The translations under genes and the position numbers were made by a program. A model generated the notes under the pieces. The model did not search any database and was not told where the DNA came from. It saw only the letters and a list, made by a program, of their open reading frames with translations. From the NCBI GenBank assembly GCA_965276755.1, contig OZ255625.1, positions 1,020,784 through 1,084,783 on the forward strand: a stretch of 64,000 nucleotides of DNA, given 5' to 3'. This stretch comes from Acetobacteraceae bacterium (GTDB lineage: Bacteria; Pseudomonadota; Alphaproteobacteria; Acetobacterales; Acetobacteraceae). Below, piece by piece: positions 30,310 to 42,446 of the stretch. Within the stretch, counting starts at the first letter, position 1. Every line of letters begins with the position of its first letter.

Positions 30310-31575
30310 TTATCCTTTAAGTTTAATCAACCTGTGCTGCTTGCGTCCCGCAGAAAGCTTTGCGGGAAGATCGCTTTGCGTGATCTGCCGCGCTTCATCG
30401 CTGATCGTCTCACCGTTCAGCCGTGCCCCGCCGCCGCGGATAAGACGGCGCGCTTCACCATTGCTGCCGGTCAGGCCGGATTGCGTGAGCAGACGGATCA
30501 GAGGAATGCCGCTGACAGCATCATCTTTTGTAACCTCCAAGGTTTGCAGGCCGGCAAATCCACTGGCCACTATCGTGTCTGATTCGGCCGCGGCATGAAG
30601 TGCGCCGAAAACGACGGAGGCTGTGGCCGCGGCTTGTTCGGCCGCCTCATCACCGTGCAGAAGCCTGGTCGCCTCGTGCGCGAGCGTCTTCTTGGCTTCG
30701 TTGATGTCCGCACCATCAAGCTTTTCGAGACGTATGATTTCGTCCAGCGGCAATTCGGTAAAGAGGCGGAGAAAGCGGCCGACATCCGCGTCCTCGCTAT
30801 TGCGCCAGAACTGCCAATATTCGTTGGGTGGCAGGCGCTCCGCGTTCAACCACACCGCACCCCTCGCGGTCTTGCCCATTTTCGCACCGGAGGCCGTGGT
30901 GATCAGCGCTGTCGTCAGGCCGAAACTCTGCGCGCCATCGGTGCGGCGGATGAGATCGATGCCGGAGACAATGTTGCCCCACTGGTCCGAGCCGCCCATT
31001 TGCAGGCGCACGTTTTGGCGGCGGAAAAGCTCGCGGAAATCGTAGCTTTGAGAAATCATATAATTGAATTCGAGAAACGTCAGCGGCTGCTCACGATCAA
31101 GGCGCAGGCGCACGCTGTCCATGGTCAGCATGCGGTTGATCGTGAAATGCGGACCCACTTCGCGCAGCAGCTCGATGTAGCCGAGGCGGTCCAACCAGTC
31201 GGCGTTGTTGACCATGATGGCGCCGTCGGGGCCATCGTTAAAGTCGAGGTAATGGGCAAAGGCGCGGCGGCAGCCTGCCATGTTCGCGGCGATCGTCTCA
31301 TCGGTCAGCATCTGGCGGGTTTCGTCCTTGCCGGACGGATCGCCGATGCGCGTCGTGCCGCCCCCCATCAGGACCACCGGGCGCTGGCCGTGCTTTTGCC
31401 ACAGGCGCAGCATCATGATCGAGACGAGGTTACCGACATGCAGGCTGTCGGCGGTGCAATCGTAACCCACATAGGCCGATAGCGTGCCGGCATCCAGCGC
31501 TGCGGAGAGGGCGTGTTCATCGGTGCATTGATGGATGAAGCCGCGGGCGGCGGCTTCGGTCAGAAAGGCATGCAT
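30310..31575 (-). CDS. tyrS: Tyrosine--tRNA ligase
   Basis: [31 protein letters not shown] motifs and a C-terminal S4 domain; start [12 protein letters not shown] at 31575. Confidence 0.97.
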   Translation of the reverse strand: MHAFLTEAAARGFIHQCTDEHALSAALDAGTLSAYVGYDCTADSLHVGNLVSIMMLRLWQKHGQRPVVLMGGGTTRIGDPSGKDETRQMLTDETIAANMAGCRRAFAHYLDFNDGPDGAIMVNNADWLDRLGYIELLREVGPHFTINRMLTMDSVRLRLDREQPLTFLEFNYMISQSYDFRELFRRQNVRLQMGGSDQWGNIVSGIDLIRRTDGAQSFGLTTALITTASGAKMGKTARGAVWLNAERLPPNEYWQFWRNSEDADVGRFLRLFTELPLDEIIRLEKLDGADINEAKKTLAHEATRLLHGDEAAEQAAATASVVFGALHAAAESDTIVASGFAGLQTLEVTKDDAVSGIPLIRLLTQSGLTGSNGEARRLIRGGGARLNGETISDEARQITQSDLPAKLSAGRKQHRLIKLKG

Positions 31576-31609
31576 GGCGCGACTTCGTAGGGGAGCCGCC
31601 AAGTTAAGG

Positions 31610-32335
31610 CTAGGGGTCGGCGGTCGCGAAAGGCTGGGGGACGCGCGCCTTGGGCGGATCGGCGCATGCGCCGGTTTCATCCGCCCAAGCCCCCAGACCC
31701 CCTGTCTTCGGTTTGACCCGGCCAGCCGATACATCCATGCGGCTGACGACCTGCAAGCGGGGTGCGCCGCGGGCGGGACGGTCCAACACGCAGAGCATGC
31801 CCTCGATCTGGCCGGCGGTGAGTTCGGGCATGTCCAGCAGTCCCAGCGCGGCCGTGCCGTGCTCGCCGGCGAGCATGTCGCCCAGCCCGGCGCGCGTGCC
31901 CTCGATGGGGCCGAGCTGGTCGGGCGGCAGGTGATGGCGTTCGCGCAGGAGCAGCAGATGCGCCTCGGTGTGGCCCCCAAGGACGGTGCGGGTGGCGGCG
32001 AGATAGGCGGTGCGGGCGGCCGGCTGGCGCTCGGCGATGGGCACGTCGCGCACGGCCCGGCCGATGGCGCTGCTGATGGACAGCAGGTGGCGGACCAGGA
32101 TTTCGCCCAGCAGGCAGTCCAGATCCGGGAAGTAGCGGCGGATCGTGCCGGGCGCCATGCCCAGCGCGGTGGCGAGGTCGGACAGCCTGATGCCGGCGCG
32201 GCCGTGATTGACCAGCACGCGCCGGCCCGCGGCGAGAATGACCTCCTGCCGGTCGAGCTCGCGCTGGGAGAGGCGCGGGCGGGCGCCGGGAATGTCCTCG
32301 ATTTCGGCGCGCAGGAGGCGGGGTGCGGTAGGCAT
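31610..32335 (-). CDS. TetR/AcrR-like transcriptional regulator
   Basis: [14 protein letters not shown]...[21 protein letters not shown]; the C-terminal tail is read through a repeat. Confidence 0.75.
   Translation of the reverse strand: MPTAPRLLRAEIEDIPGARPRLSQRELDRQEVILAAGRRVLVNHGRAGIRLSDLATALGMAPGTIRRYFPDLDCLLGEILVRHLLSISSAIGRAVRDVPIAERQPAARTAYLAATRTVLGGHTEAHLLLLRERHHLPPDQLGPIEGTRAGLGDMLAGEHGTAALGLLDMPELTAGQIEGMLCVLDRPARGAPRLQVVSRMDVSAGRVKPKTGGLGAWADETGACADPPKARVPQPFATADP
31634..31706. repeat. Family A variant with an internal hairpin insertion
   Basis: CTGGGGGAC...CTTGGGCGGATCGGCGCATGCGCCGGTTTCATCCGCCCAAG...CCCCAGACCCCCTGTC. Confidence 0.75.
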
Positions 32336-32514
32336 GGCGGGAGTGTAGTGAACATAGAGGGAACATGGCAAGCGAAAACTCGGCGCCGCTGCTGCGCTGA
32401 CATCCATGGTCCGCAATGAAATATAAGCCGCTATGTGGCCGCCCGGCGGTACGTTATTGAAGCAATTCGAATGAGTAACACCAATCAGCAGAAAGTTTGA
32501 CTCTCTGAATAAGG

Positions 32515-32617
32515 TTGGGGGAGATGTGCCATCCCCCCCCAAACCCCCCGTCATTATTTAAGACGAGGCGCAAAAAACTCGACGGGGGGTCTGGGGGGGA
32601 TGGCACATCTCCCCCAG
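32515..32617. repeat. Family A inverted doublet
   Basis: TTGGGGGAGATGTGCCATCCCCCCCCAAACCCCCCGTC-28 nt-GACGGGGGGTCTGGGGGGGATGGCACATCTCCCCCAG. Confidence 0.92.
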
Positions 32618-32682
32618 TCTTTCTCACCTAAATTATGTGTCAGTTTCAACCCTGACCGGTATAACAAGGTGACACTCACGCG

Positions 32683-33495
32683 ATGACGACACGGTTCCGC
32701 AAAATGCACGGCGCCGGCAACGACTTCGTCGTCATCGACGCGCGCGCGACACCGCTCCCGCTCACGCCCTCCCGCATCGCAGCCCTGGCCGACCGCCGCA
32801 CCGGCATCGGCTGCGACCAGTTCATCACCCTGCTCCCCGCCGCGCCCCCAGCCGACCTCTTCATGCGCATCCACAATCCGGACGGCACAGAGTCCGCCAC
32901 CTGCGGCAACGCCACACGCTGCGTCGCCGCCATCCTGCACGAAGAAACCGGCCGCACGATTTTCACCATTCAAACCCTGACCGCGCTGCTCCCGGCTGAA
33001 ATCACCTCGGGCGGCATCAACGTGGACATGGGCCCCCCGCGCCTGGACTGGGCGCAAATCCCCCTCGCCCACGAGGCGGACACGCTGCACCTGCCCATCC
33101 CCGGCGCCCCCGCGGCGGCCAGCATGGGCAACCCCCACGCCACCCTTTTCGTCCCGGACACTGGCGTCGCCGAAACCCAAGGCCCAGCCCTGGAACACCA
33201 CACCATCTTCCCCGCAGGCGCGAACATCGGCTTCGCACAAATCCTCTCCCCCGCCCACATCCGCCTGCGTGTCTATGAACGCGGCGCCGGCCTGACCCGC
33301 GCCTGCGGCAGCGGCGCCTGTGCCGCCCTGGTCAATGCCCACCGCCGAGGGCTGACCACCCGCGCCGCCACGCTCACGCTTGATGACGGCACCCTGCACA
33401 TCGAGTGGCGCGCCTCAGATGACCACGTCATCATGACAGGCCCTGCCGCCACCGCCTTCCAAGGCAGCGTCGATCTCTCTACCTACCCAGCATGA
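32683..33495 (+). CDS. dapF: Diaminopimelate epimerase
   Basis: [36 protein letters not shown] motifs. Confidence 0.96.
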   Translation: MTTRFRKMHGAGNDFVVIDARATPLPLTPSRIAALADRRTGIGCDQFITLLPAAPPADLFMRIHNPDGTESATCGNATRCVAAILHEETGRTIFTIQTLTALLPAEITSGGINVDMGPPRLDWAQIPLAHEADTLHLPIPGAPAAASMGNPHATLFVPDTGVAETQGPALEHHTIFPAGANIGFAQILSPAHIRLRVYERGAGLTRACGSGACAALVNAHRRGLTTRAATLTLDDGTLHIEWRASDDHVIMTGPAATAFQGSVDLSTYPA

Positions 33496-34715
33496 CCACC
33501 CAGATCCTGACCTTCGGCTGCCGCCTCAACACCTATGAAAGCGAGGTCATCCGCGCCCACACCACCACGCTCACGGACACGATCGTCATCAACACCTGCG
33601 CGGTTACCGCCGAAGCCGAACGCCAGGCCCGCCAGGCCATCCGCCGCGCCGCGCGCGAACACCCCGACGCCCGCATCGTCGTCACCGGCTGCGCCGCCCA
33701 GATCGCGCCGGACAATTGGGCCGCCCTGCCCGGCGTCACACGCGTCATCGGCAACACCGAAAAGCTGCAGGCCGCGACCTGGGCCGCCGACAGCCCCTCC
33801 ATGGTCGGCGACATCATGGCCGCGCGCGAAACGGCCGCCCACCTGGTCACTGAGTTCGCCGGCCGCGCCCGCGCCTTTGTCCAGGTCCAGCAAGGCTGCG
33901 ACCACCGCTGCACCTTCTGCGTCATCCCCTACGGCCGCGGCCCCAACCGCTCCGTCCCGATCGGCGGCATCGTCGATCAGGCCCGCGCGCTGGTGGCCGC
34001 GGGCTTCCTCGAAATCGTGCTCAGCGGGGTGGACATCACCAGCTACGGCCCCGACCTGCCCGGCGCCCCGCGCCTCGGCCAGATGGTCCGCCGCCTGCTG
34101 GCGCTGGTGCCCGAACTGCCCCGCCTGCGCCTCTCCAGCCTGGACCCCGCCGCCATCGACGACGACCTATGGCGCGTGCTGGCCGAGGAACCCCGCCTGC
34201 TGCCCCATCTGCACCTCTCGCTGCAGGCGGCCGATGACATGGTGCTCAAGCGCATGAAGCGTCGCCACAGCCGGGCAGAAGCGGCCGCGGCGATTACGCG
34301 CGCCCGCACGCTGCGCCCGGGCATCGCAATAGGTGCCGATCTGATCGCGGGCTTTCCCACCGAAACAGACGCGCAAGCGGCCAACACGCTGGCCTTCGTG
34401 GACGAGCACGCGCTGCCCTACCTGCACGTCTTCCCCTATAGCGAGCGCGCCGGTACGCCCGCCGCCCGCATGCCGGTGGTGCCTGTGGCGCTCCGCCGTG
34501 AACGCGCCGCGCGGCTGCGCGAGGCCGGCGCGCAAAACGCCCAGGCCTTTCACAACGCCCTGATCGGCAGGCACGCCGCCATCCTGGCCGAGACCGAATT
34601 TGCCGGTCACACCGAACATTTCGCACCCGTGCGCATCGCCGGCCGCCCGGGCCACCTGATGCGCGCGCGCATTACGGGTGCGGATTCGGGCGGCGTTACC
34701 GCGATCGCCGCGTAA
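33492..34715 (+). CDS. mtaB: tRNA threonylcarbamoyladenosine methylthiotransferase
   Basis: [25 protein letters not shown] radical-SAM motif; dapF-mtaB-ftsY synteny. Confidence 0.92.
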   Translation: MTTQILTFGCRLNTYESEVIRAHTTTLTDTIVINTCAVTAEAERQARQAIRRAAREHPDARIVVTGCAAQIAPDNWAALPGVTRVIGNTEKLQAATWAADSPSMVGDIMAARETAAHLVTEFAGRARAFVQVQQGCDHRCTFCVIPYGRGPNRSVPIGGIVDQARALVAAGFLEIVLSGVDITSYGPDLPGAPRLGQMVRRLLALVPELPRLRLSSLDPAAIDDDLWRVLAEEPRLLPHLHLSLQAADDMVLKRMKRRHSRAEAAAAITRARTLRPGIAIGADLIAGFPTETDAQAANTLAFVDEHALPYLHVFPYSERAGTPAARMPVVPVALRRERAARLREAGAQNAQAFHNALIGRHAAILAETEFAGHTEHFAPVRIAGRPGHLMRARITGADSGGVTAIAA

Positions 34716-35629
34716 TGGCCGGCTTTTTTTCGCGCCTGAAGGAAGGGCTCAGCCGCAGCACGCAGAAACTCTCGACCGGCATTACCGCGGCGCTGACGCA
34801 TCTGCGCCTGGATGACGCGGCGCTGGACATGCTCGAAGAAGCGCTGATCGGCGCAGACCTGGGCCCCGCGGTGGCCGCGCGCATCATCGCCAATTTCCGC
34901 CGCAGCCGTTTCGGCAGCAGCGTGACGCAAGCCGAGGTCCGCGCGGCGCTGGCCGAGGAAATTGCCGCCATCCTGGCCCCTGTCGCACATCCCTTCGTGC
35001 TGGACGCGCGGCGCCACCCGCATGTCGTGCTGGTCGTTGGCGTGAATGGCGTCGGCAAGACCACCACCATCGGCAAGATGGCTCTGCAATACAAGCAAGA
35101 CGGCAAACGCGCCATCATGGTCGCCGGCGACACCTTCCGCGCCGCCGCGGTTGAACAATTGCAAATCTGGGGCGAGCGCACCGGCGCGCCCGTCATCGCC
35201 GGGCCGCCGAACGCGGACTCCGCGGGCCTGGCCTTCGACGCACTCACCCGCGCCACCAACGAGCACGCCGACGTGCTGCTGATCGACACCGCCGGCCGCC
35301 TGCACAACAAGGCGGCGCTGATGGACGAGCTCGCCAAGATTATTCGTGTGCTGCGCAAGAAGGATCCCGACGCGCCGCATTCCGTGCTGCTCGTGCTGGA
35401 CGCCACCACCGGCCAGAACGCCGTGCAGCAGGTGCGCGTGTTTCGCGAACTCGTGGCCGTGACTGGGTTGATCGTGACGAAACTCGACGGCAGCGCGCGC
35501 GGCGGCATTGTCGTGGCGCTGGCCGAGGAATTTGGCCTGCCGGTGCATGCGGTGGGTTTTGGCGAGCGCGCCGAGGACCTCAAGCCGTTCGATGCGCTGG
35601 ATTTCGCGCGGGGGTTGACTGAGGTGTAG
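34715..35629 (+). CDS. ftsY: Signal recognition particle receptor
   Basis: GVNGVGKTTT, DTFRAAA, DTAGR, TKLDGSARGG motifs. Confidence 0.96.
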   Translation: MAGFFSRLKEGLSRSTQKLSTGITAALTHLRLDDAALDMLEEALIGADLGPAVAARIIANFRRSRFGSSVTQAEVRAALAEEIAAILAPVAHPFVLDARRHPHVVLVVGVNGVGKTTTIGKMALQYKQDGKRAIMVAGDTFRAAAVEQLQIWGERTGAPVIAGPPNADSAGLAFDALTRATNEHADVLLIDTAGRLHNKAALMDELAKIIRVLRKKDPDAPHSVLLVLDATTGQNAVQQVRVFRELVAVTGLIVTKLDGSARGGIVVALAEEFGLPVHAVGFGERAEDLKPFDALDFARGLTEV

Positions 35630-35656
35630 GCATTGGCGTGCCTGGTGCCGCACTGC

Positions 35657-35694
35657 TTGACATGTGGAGCACATGCACCCATGTTGTGCACATG
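35657..35694 (+). promoter_or_regulatory. TA operon promoter with overlapping palindromic operators
   Basis: TTGACA (35657-62)-N17-CATGTT; palindromes CATGTG-GAG-CACATG and CATGT-TGTGC-ACATG; the ATG sits at the predicted start site. Confidence 0.65.
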
Positions 35695-35922
35695 TCGACG
35701 ATGATTCAGATACGCCATGTGCCTGACGATCTACACCGCGAGCTGAAGTCCCGCGCGGCTTTGGCCGGCATGTCGCTGTCTGACTACCTGTTGAATGAGG
35801 TCCGCCAAATGGCCGAGCGGCCGACGGTTGCGCAATTGCGCGCCAGATTGGCCCAGCAGCCGACAGTAACCTTGTCCATGTCGTCAGCTGAAGCTGTACG
35901 TAGAGAACGCGATAGCCGTTGA
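35692..35922 (+). CDS. FitA-like ribbon-helix-helix antitoxin
   Basis: IQIRHVPDDLHRELKSRAA...SLSDY; overlaps the toxin start (TTGA). Confidence 0.88.
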   Translation: MSTMIQIRHVPDDLHRELKSRAALAGMSLSDYLLNEVRQMAERPTVAQLRARLAQQPTVTLSMSSAEAVRRERDSR

Positions 35923-36311
35923 TCGTCGTTGATGCATCGGCGCTCATCGACGTTGTCCTTCGAACTGACACCGCGACCCTTGTTGAAAGGAGGTTGCTCG
36001 ACTCCGGCCAAACGGTGCATGCTCCGCACCTGATAGATGCCGAAATCGCTCAGGTTTGCCGCCGCTTTGAAAGCATTGGCGAGATCGGACACGCGCAAGG
36101 TCTTACCGCGCTATCCAACCTTGTGGCCTTTCCGATGCAGCGCTACCCGCACGAACCGCTGCTTCCGCGGGTTTGGGCACTACGGCACAACCTGACAGCT
36201 TATGACGCATTATACGTGGCACTTGCAGAACTTCTCGATGCCACGTTGCTCACTCGTGACCGGCGGCTTGCCGCCGCGCCGGTGCATCGTGCACGTGTCG
36301 AAGTGATTTGA
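35919..36311 (+). CDS. vapC: VapC-family PIN-domain toxin
   Basis: IVVDASAL, APHLIDAEI, LTAYDALYVALA, LLTRDRRL motifs. Confidence 0.92.
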   Translation: MIVVDASALIDVVLRTDTATLVERRLLDSGQTVHAPHLIDAEIAQVCRRFESIGEIGHAQGLTALSNLVAFPMQRYPHEPLLPRVWALRHNLTAYDALYVALAELLDATLLTRDRRLAAAPVHRARVEVI

Positions 36312-36389
36312 AAGACAAGATCGGGGGAGCAGTGCCTGCCCCCAGGGCAATCGAGTGAAGTGAAAGAGCCGAATTAAAGTGAGAAAAAG

Positions 36390-36489
36390 CTGGGGGAGAT
36401 GTGCCATCCCCCCCAGACCCCCCGTCGATTATAGAGCCTCGCCTTACATAATGACGGGGGGTCTGGGGGGAATGGCACATTCCCCCCAG
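36390..36489. repeat. Family A inverted doublet
   Basis: Both halves intact; linker GATTATAGAGCCTCGCCTTACATAAT. Confidence 0.92.
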
Positions 36490-36500
36490 CCTTTTTTGCT

Positions 36501-37703
<1,203 letters not shown>

Positions 37704-37724
37704 CTGCGTATCCTACTAGAGAAT

Positions 37725-37761
37725 GACGGGGGGTTTGGGGGGGATGGCACATCCCCCCCAA
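37725..37761. repeat. Family A half
   Basis: GACGGGGGGTTTGGGGGGGATGGCACATCCCCCCCAA. Confidence 0.88.
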
Positions 37762-37772
37762 TACTTTCTTTT

Positions 37773-38747
37773 TCAGCCTTGGATCAGCACGATCTTGCCC
37801 TGCGCGCGCCGTTCCATGACATCGCCCAACGCCTCGCGCACCCGGTCCAGCGGATAAGCGCCGCCCACATGCGGCCGCAACTTCCCCTCCGTAAACCACG
37901 CCATCAATTGCGCGGTGTTCTGCGCGTGGCGTGCCGGATCGCGCTGCGTAAAGGCGCCCCAGAACACGCCGATCGCCTCGCCCTCTCGCAGAAGCAAAAG
38001 GTTCAGCGCCAGCTTGGGGATTTCGCCATTGGCAAAGCCGACAACCAGTAGCCGCCCGCCCCACGCCATGCCGCGCACGGCTGCTTCCGTCATCGGGCCG
38101 CCGACGGGATCGTACACCACGTCAACGCCCCCAGGCACCAGGCGCTTCAGCTCGGACTTCAAATCAGCCGTGCCGTAATTGATGCCGATCTCCGCGCCAT
38201 GCACACGCGCCAACGCCAGCTTTTCATCGCTCGATGCCGCGGCAATGACGCGCAGCCCCATCGCCGCGCCGATTTCCACCGCGGCCAGCCCCACGCCGCC
38301 GGCCGCACCCAACACCAAAAGCGTCTCACCCGCGCGGGTGCGCGCCTTGTCTGCCAGCGCGTGCATGGACGTGCCATAGACCAGCATGAACCCGCCGGCG
38401 GTGGCAAAATCCATCGCATCGGGAATGGGCAGCGTGCGGTCCTGCGCCGCCACCACGCGTTCGGCAAACCCGCCCATGCCGCACAACGAAACCACGCGCT
38501 GTCCCACCGACAGCGCGCGCACATCAGCGCCCACCGCCGCCACAAGCCCGGCGACTTCGGTGCCCGGCGTGAAAGGCCGCGGCGGCTTTACCTGATAGTC
38601 GCCCCGCACCATCAACCCATCGGGGAAATTCACGCCGGCCGCGCGCACATCGATCAGCACCTCGCCGGGTCCGGGCACGGGGTCAGCCTGGTCTTCCACC
38701 ACCAGATTTTCGATCGGCCCGAATTCGTGGCAGATAACAGCGCGCAC
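37773..38747 (-). CDS. NADPH:quinone oxidoreductase (zeta-crystallin family)
   Basis: GVNFPD, PFTPGTEVAG, GAAGGVG, VVYDPVGG motifs; GTG start inferred. Confidence 0.9.
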   Translation of the reverse strand: MRAVICHEFGPIENLVVEDQADPVPGPGEVLIDVRAAGVNFPDGLMVRGDYQVKPPRPFTPGTEVAGLVAAVGADVRALSVGQRVVSLCGMGGFAERVVAAQDRTLPIPDAMDFATAGGFMLVYGTSMHALADKARTRAGETLLVLGAAGGVGLAAVEIGAAMGLRVIAAASSDEKLALARVHGAEIGINYGTADLKSELKRLVPGGVDVVYDPVGGPMTEAAVRGMAWGGRLLVVGFANGEIPKLALNLLLLREGEAIGVFWGAFTQRDPARHAQNTAQLMAWFTEGKLRPHVGGAYPLDRVREALGDVMERRAQGKIVLIQG

Positions 38748-38827
38748 CCTGCTTCCCCGCGTCATTGTTTGCGACGGCAACATGCGGCAGGCCACACCGC
38801 ATGGCTAGACCACCCCCCAAAGGACCA

Positions 38828-39634
38828 ATGACCCTGGCCTTCCTGACCGAACCCGCTCCCACCTACGGCATGCCCGAGCAGATCACCCCCCGCCTGCGTC
38901 GCCTGGTCGCCCCCAATCCCGGCTACATGACCTATCACGGCACCAACACCTGGCTTCTGGACACCGGTTCCGCCACGCTTGTCATAGACCCCGGCCCCGA
39001 TCATGCGGCCCACGTTAGCGCAATCCTGAAAGCCGCGCCCACGCCGATCACCACGATCCTGCTGACCCACAGCCATCCCGACCATCTGGGTGCGACCGCC
39101 GCCTTGCGCGCCGCCACGGGTGCTGCCGTGCATGGCTGGCACGCGCCCTGGCAGCCCGGCTTTACCCCGGATCATCCGATCGCCGACGGCCAGACGATTG
39201 CCGGCCTGACCGCAATCCATACGCCCGGCCATGCCTCGGACCATCTGTGTTTCGCGTGGGAGGATGGCGGCCTGTTCTCGGGCGATCACGTCATGAGCTG
39301 GAACACCAGCATCGTCAGCCCGCCGGATGGGGACATGGCCGCCTACCTGGCCAGCCTGCGTCTGCTGATGGCGCGCGAGGATAGCGTTTTTTACTGCGGC
39401 CACGGACCCGTGCTGCCAAACCCTGGCCCACTGATGCGCGCGATGCTCGGCCACCGGCTGGCGCGCGAGGCGGCCATCGTTGCGGCACTGGCCGATGGCC
39501 TGACAACGCCTGAGGCCATCGCGGACCGGCTTTATGCCGATCAGCCGCAGCACACGCGGGCAGCCGCTGTGCGTAGCGTGCTGGCGCATTTGATTAAGTT
39601 ACGAAATGAAAAGGTTGGGGGAGATGTGCCTTGA
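38828..39634 (+). CDS. MBL-fold metallo-hydrolase
   Basis: THSHPDH, HTPGH, SGDH, GHG motifs; the last residues are encoded by a repeat. Confidence 0.9.
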   Translation: MTLAFLTEPAPTYGMPEQITPRLRRLVAPNPGYMTYHGTNTWLLDTGSATLVIDPGPDHAAHVSAILKAAPTPITTILLTHSHPDHLGATAALRAATGAAVHGWHAPWQPGFTPDHPIADGQTIAGLTAIHTPGHASDHLCFAWEDGGLFSGDHVMSWNTSIVSPPDGDMAAYLASLRLLMAREDSVFYCGHGPVLPNPGPLMRAMLGHRLAREAAIVAALADGLTTPEAIADRLYADQPQHTRAAAVRSVLAHLIKLRNEKVGGDVP

Positions 39635-39751
39635 GCGGGTCGGCGCATGCGCCGACTGATTCCGCTCAAGCCCCCAAACCCCCCGTCATTTGTTTGAGTC
39701 CGCGCTAAAATAATGACGGGGGGTTTGGGGGGGCAGGCACTGCTCCCCCAA
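39615..39751. repeat. Family A doublet; left half carries the hairpin insertion
   Basis: CTTGAGCGGGTCGGCGCATGCGCCGACTGATTCCGCTCAAG in the left half; GCAG/CTGC stem in the right half. Confidence 0.88.
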
Positions 39752-39758
39752 CTTTTCT

Positions 39759-40079
39759 TCAGCTTTGACTAGCCGGCGTAGTAACCCTCAACCCATCCAG
39801 CTCCGCCGTAACATCAAGCTGGCAGGAAAGCCGCGACGTCGCCTGCCGCTCCATCACAAAATCCAGCATGTCCGCCTCCGCCGAGGCGGGCGCTGGAAGC
39901 CGGTCGAACCACGCCGGATCGACATAGACGTGGCACGTGGCGCACGCGCACGCCCCGCCGCAATCGGCATCAATCCCCGGCACGGCATTGGCAATGGCCG
40001 CGCGCATCACGCTCATGCCGATTGAGGCATCGACGGTGGTCTCCTCACCCGTGTGGGTGATATAGGTGATCTTCGGCAT
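39759..40079 (-). CDS. 2Fe-2S ferredoxin (FdVI/adrenodoxin type)
   Basis: DADCGGACACATCH and SRLSCQ motifs. Confidence 0.95.
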   Translation of the reverse strand: MPKITYITHTGEETTVDASIGMSVMRAAIANAVPGIDADCGGACACATCHVYVDPAWFDRLPAPASAEADMLDFVMERQATSRLSCQLDVTAELDGLRVTTPASQS

Positions 40080-40119
40080 GACGGTGTGAGACGCTCCAGA
40101 ATAACGGCGGCTGAACGCG

Positions 40120-40785
40120 CTAGCGGCGCATGCTGCGCGCCAACTGCTTGGAAAATGGCTTTCTGCGAGGCTTGCGCTCTGCGGCCTCAGGTGCCGCCGG
40201 CGCCTCGCCGTCCTCGTCGCCCTCCTCGGGCGGGCGCGTAAAATTGGCAAAGACCGAGGCGGCGCTCAGATCGGGACGGCGCTCGCGAACGGGTTCTGCA
40301 GCCGGTTCGATCACCTGCGTCACCGGCGGCGCCGCGGTAGCCTCAGGCTTGGTCGCCGCCGCCGGCTTGCGGCCAAGGCCCGTCTGCTTGGCCAGCGCGG
40401 AGCGGTGTTCGGCGTAATTGGGCGCGACCATCGGATAGTCGGCGGCCAATCCCCATTTCTCGCGATATTGCTCGGGCGTCATGTTGAAAGTACTGCGCAG
40501 GTGGCGCTTCAAAGTCTTCAGCTTTCGCCCGTCTTCCAGGCAGATGATGTAATCGGGGAATACCGATTTCTTGATCGAGACGACAGGCGCCGCACGTTCG
40601 GGCTCGGCTGCCGGCGGGGCCGCCACCGGCTGCGCCGGCGGCTGTCCGGCATGGCGGAGCGCCAGATAGACCTGTTCGATCACCAGGGCCAGGTCGGCTG
40701 TGGCGACCTGGTTGTTCTTGACGTGCGCGGAGATGATGTCCGCGGTCAGGCGCAACAGCGCCTGACTGTGTTCATTTGGGTTCAT
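40120..40785 (-). CDS. mucR: Ros/MucR-family transcriptional regulator
   Basis: LTADIISAHV.NN, PDYIICLEDG.K.K.LKRHL, YPMVAPNY motifs; extended C-terminus. Confidence 0.9.
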   Translation of the reverse strand: MNPNEHSQALLRLTADIISAHVKNNQVATADLALVIEQVYLALRHAGQPPAQPVAAPPAAEPERAAPVVSIKKSVFPDYIICLEDGRKLKTLKRHLRSTFNMTPEQYREKWGLAADYPMVAPNYAEHRSALAKQTGLGRKPAAATKPEATAAPPVTQVIEPAAEPVRERRPDLSAASVFANFTRPPEEGDEDGEAPAAPEAAERKPRRKPFSKQLARSMRR

Positions 40786-40881
40786 GACCTTCGGGGCATG
40801 GTGAATAGTTCAAGTATTAGGCGAGAGGCACTGGCTGCACAATGCCGGCCTGAACACATGGCCTGGAGCGCGGCCCTGGGG

Positions 40882-40910
40882 TTGCGCAGAACGCACGCCC
40901 CGCTTAGAAC
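40882..40910 (+). promoter_or_regulatory. Putative tRNA promoter
   Basis: TTGCGC-N17-TAGAAC, 17 nt upstream of the tRNA. Confidence 0.5.
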
Positions 40911-40927
40911 GCCGCCAACCGCGATGT

Positions 40928-41002
40928 GGGTGCGTAGCTCAGCGGTAGAGCATCGCCTTCACACGGCGAGGGTCACAGGTTCAATCCCTGTCGCACCCAC
41001 CA
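40928..41002 (+). tRNA. tRNA-Val (anticodon CAC)
   Basis: Acceptor stem GGGTGCG/CGCACCC, D arm GCTC/GAGC, anticodon stem TCGCC/GGCGA with loop TTCACAC, T loop TTCAATC, encoded CCA. Confidence 0.97.
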
Positions 41003-41018
41003 GCGTCCTCACGCAGCA

Positions 41019-42281
41019 CTACGGCGTGATCTCGAATACCGCCCCGAAACACGATCCCAGGCAGGTGATGGTCGTGCCATAAAGGATTCCTGTGCCGGTC
41101 AGGACCAGATTGGTCGCCGGGCCCCAGCCATCCAAGCCATTGAAGGCATGCAAAAGGGTTTGTTTCCATTTGCCGCCCCCCGCCGGCGAGAGCTTGAACA
41201 CGACTCCGCAGCCGCTCTGGCAACTCTGATCGGCGCCGTAATCGGTCGTGCCGTAGAGACTGCCTCTACTATCGAGCGTCATCCCACCCAGGGGATTCTG
41301 CCCGTCAGAGCCTCGGAAGCTGTAGATGGGCGTCTCACGCCAGCTGCCGTTCTTGTCAGGCGCAAGCTCGAAAACCGTGCCGCAGCCAATGGGCGAACAA
41401 CCCGCATCGCCGCCGCCGAATGTGGTGCCGTAAAGTTCGCCCGCGGCGCCTAGCGTTACGCCGGCATAAGGCAGATTGCCTTCGCTCAGAGTGAACTTGT
41501 GCAGTATGGTTTCTTTCCACTTGCCGCCAATTTGTGGCGAGAGCTCATAGACGATCCCATTATAGCCATTAATTCCACCGCCGCTCGTGGTGCCGTACAG
41601 ATTACCCGCTGCATCGAAGACCACGCCGCTCGTCGACTCGCAGCCATCCTCCCCGTTGCCGCCTGACGGCCCGAAATCGTGCAGCACGGTTTCCGTCCAA
41701 TGATTGTCCTGCGTCGGTGAAAGGCGGAACACGGTGCCGCATTGATAAGGCACGCCGTACGTCGTGCCGTAGAGATTGCCCGCACCATCGAAGACAAGGC
41801 CGGCCGACGGATAACGCCCATCCTCATTGTGGAACGCATGAAGGATGACGTGCCTGTAGCCACCGTGGCCATCGGGCAGAAGTTCGAACACCACGCCCAT
41901 GTCGCTCGGCTCGCCGCCGTAAAACGCCGTGCCGTAGAGATTCCCGCGGGCGTCAGCGATCAGGCCGGCGCTTGGATTGAGGCCGTCCGGATTGCGGTAG
42001 TTTAATTTTTCATTGAAATGATGAATGATTTTGTTGCTATAACCGCCGTGCTCATCAGGCGAGAGGCGAAACGCCGTGCCGAAGCCGTAATTTTGCTTGC
42101 CCCCATCCCTTGCCGTGCCGAACAGATTGCCGGAGCCGTCAAGCAGAAGATTGCCGAACAATCCGCCGCCTTCCGATGTGCCGTTAAAGGCATGCAGCAC
42201 TCTATATGCCGGCGCTGCGGCCGCCGGGAGTGACGCGCCGCCGAACGCCGCAAGAACGATCAGACCCAACGCTTTTCCCAT
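41019..42281 (-). CDS. Secreted Gloeo_Verruco (GloVer) repeat protein, second paralogue
   Basis: Signal peptide; about 7 DxxGNLYGTT...G.VFELSP units. Confidence 0.85.
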   Translation of the reverse strand: MGKALGLIVLAAFGGASLPAAAAPAYRVLHAFNGTSEGGGLFGNLLLDGSGNLFGTARDGGKQNYGFGTAFRLSPDEHGGYSNKIIHHFNEKLNYRNPDGLNPSAGLIADARGNLYGTAFYGGEPSDMGVVFELLPDGHGGYRHVILHAFHNEDGRYPSAGLVFDGAGNLYGTTYGVPYQCGTVFRLSPTQDNHWTETVLHDFGPSGGNGEDGCESTSGVVFDAAGNLYGTTSGGGINGYNGIVYELSPQIGGKWKETILHKFTLSEGNLPYAGVTLGAAGELYGTTFGGGDAGCSPIGCGTVFELAPDKNGSWRETPIYSFRGSDGQNPLGGMTLDSRGSLYGTTDYGADQSCQSGCGVVFKLSPAGGGKWKQTLLHAFNGLDGWGPATNLVLTGTGILYGTTITCLGSCFGAVFEITP

Positions 42282-42446
42282 GTTCAAACCCTCTTGCAAA
42301 GCTGCATTGCCTAGAGCCTGGCCGCGGCCTTCCGGACCGCCATTTATTTCGAAGCGCCAGGCAAATGGTTACCAGCTTGCAAACCATACGCCCCCGCCGC
42401 CACGACGCAGGGTGGCGCCCGCGCCCCGCTGTGCCATGTAAGGGCC

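Noticed and set aside
30310-32403. 697-aa ORF suggesting a TyrRS with a large N-terminal extension
   Set aside because: The extension is an alternative frame over the TetR gene and a repeat; TyrRS homology begins at 31575.
32515-32617. G-quadruplex role for the G-runs in family A
   Set aside because: The G-runs are paired with complementary C-runs and covariation supports Watson-Crick hairpins; there is no independent support for G4.
40928-42281. tRNA-Val as the attachment site of an integrated element
   Set aside because: No integrase and no duplicated tRNA 3' end were found downstream in the window.
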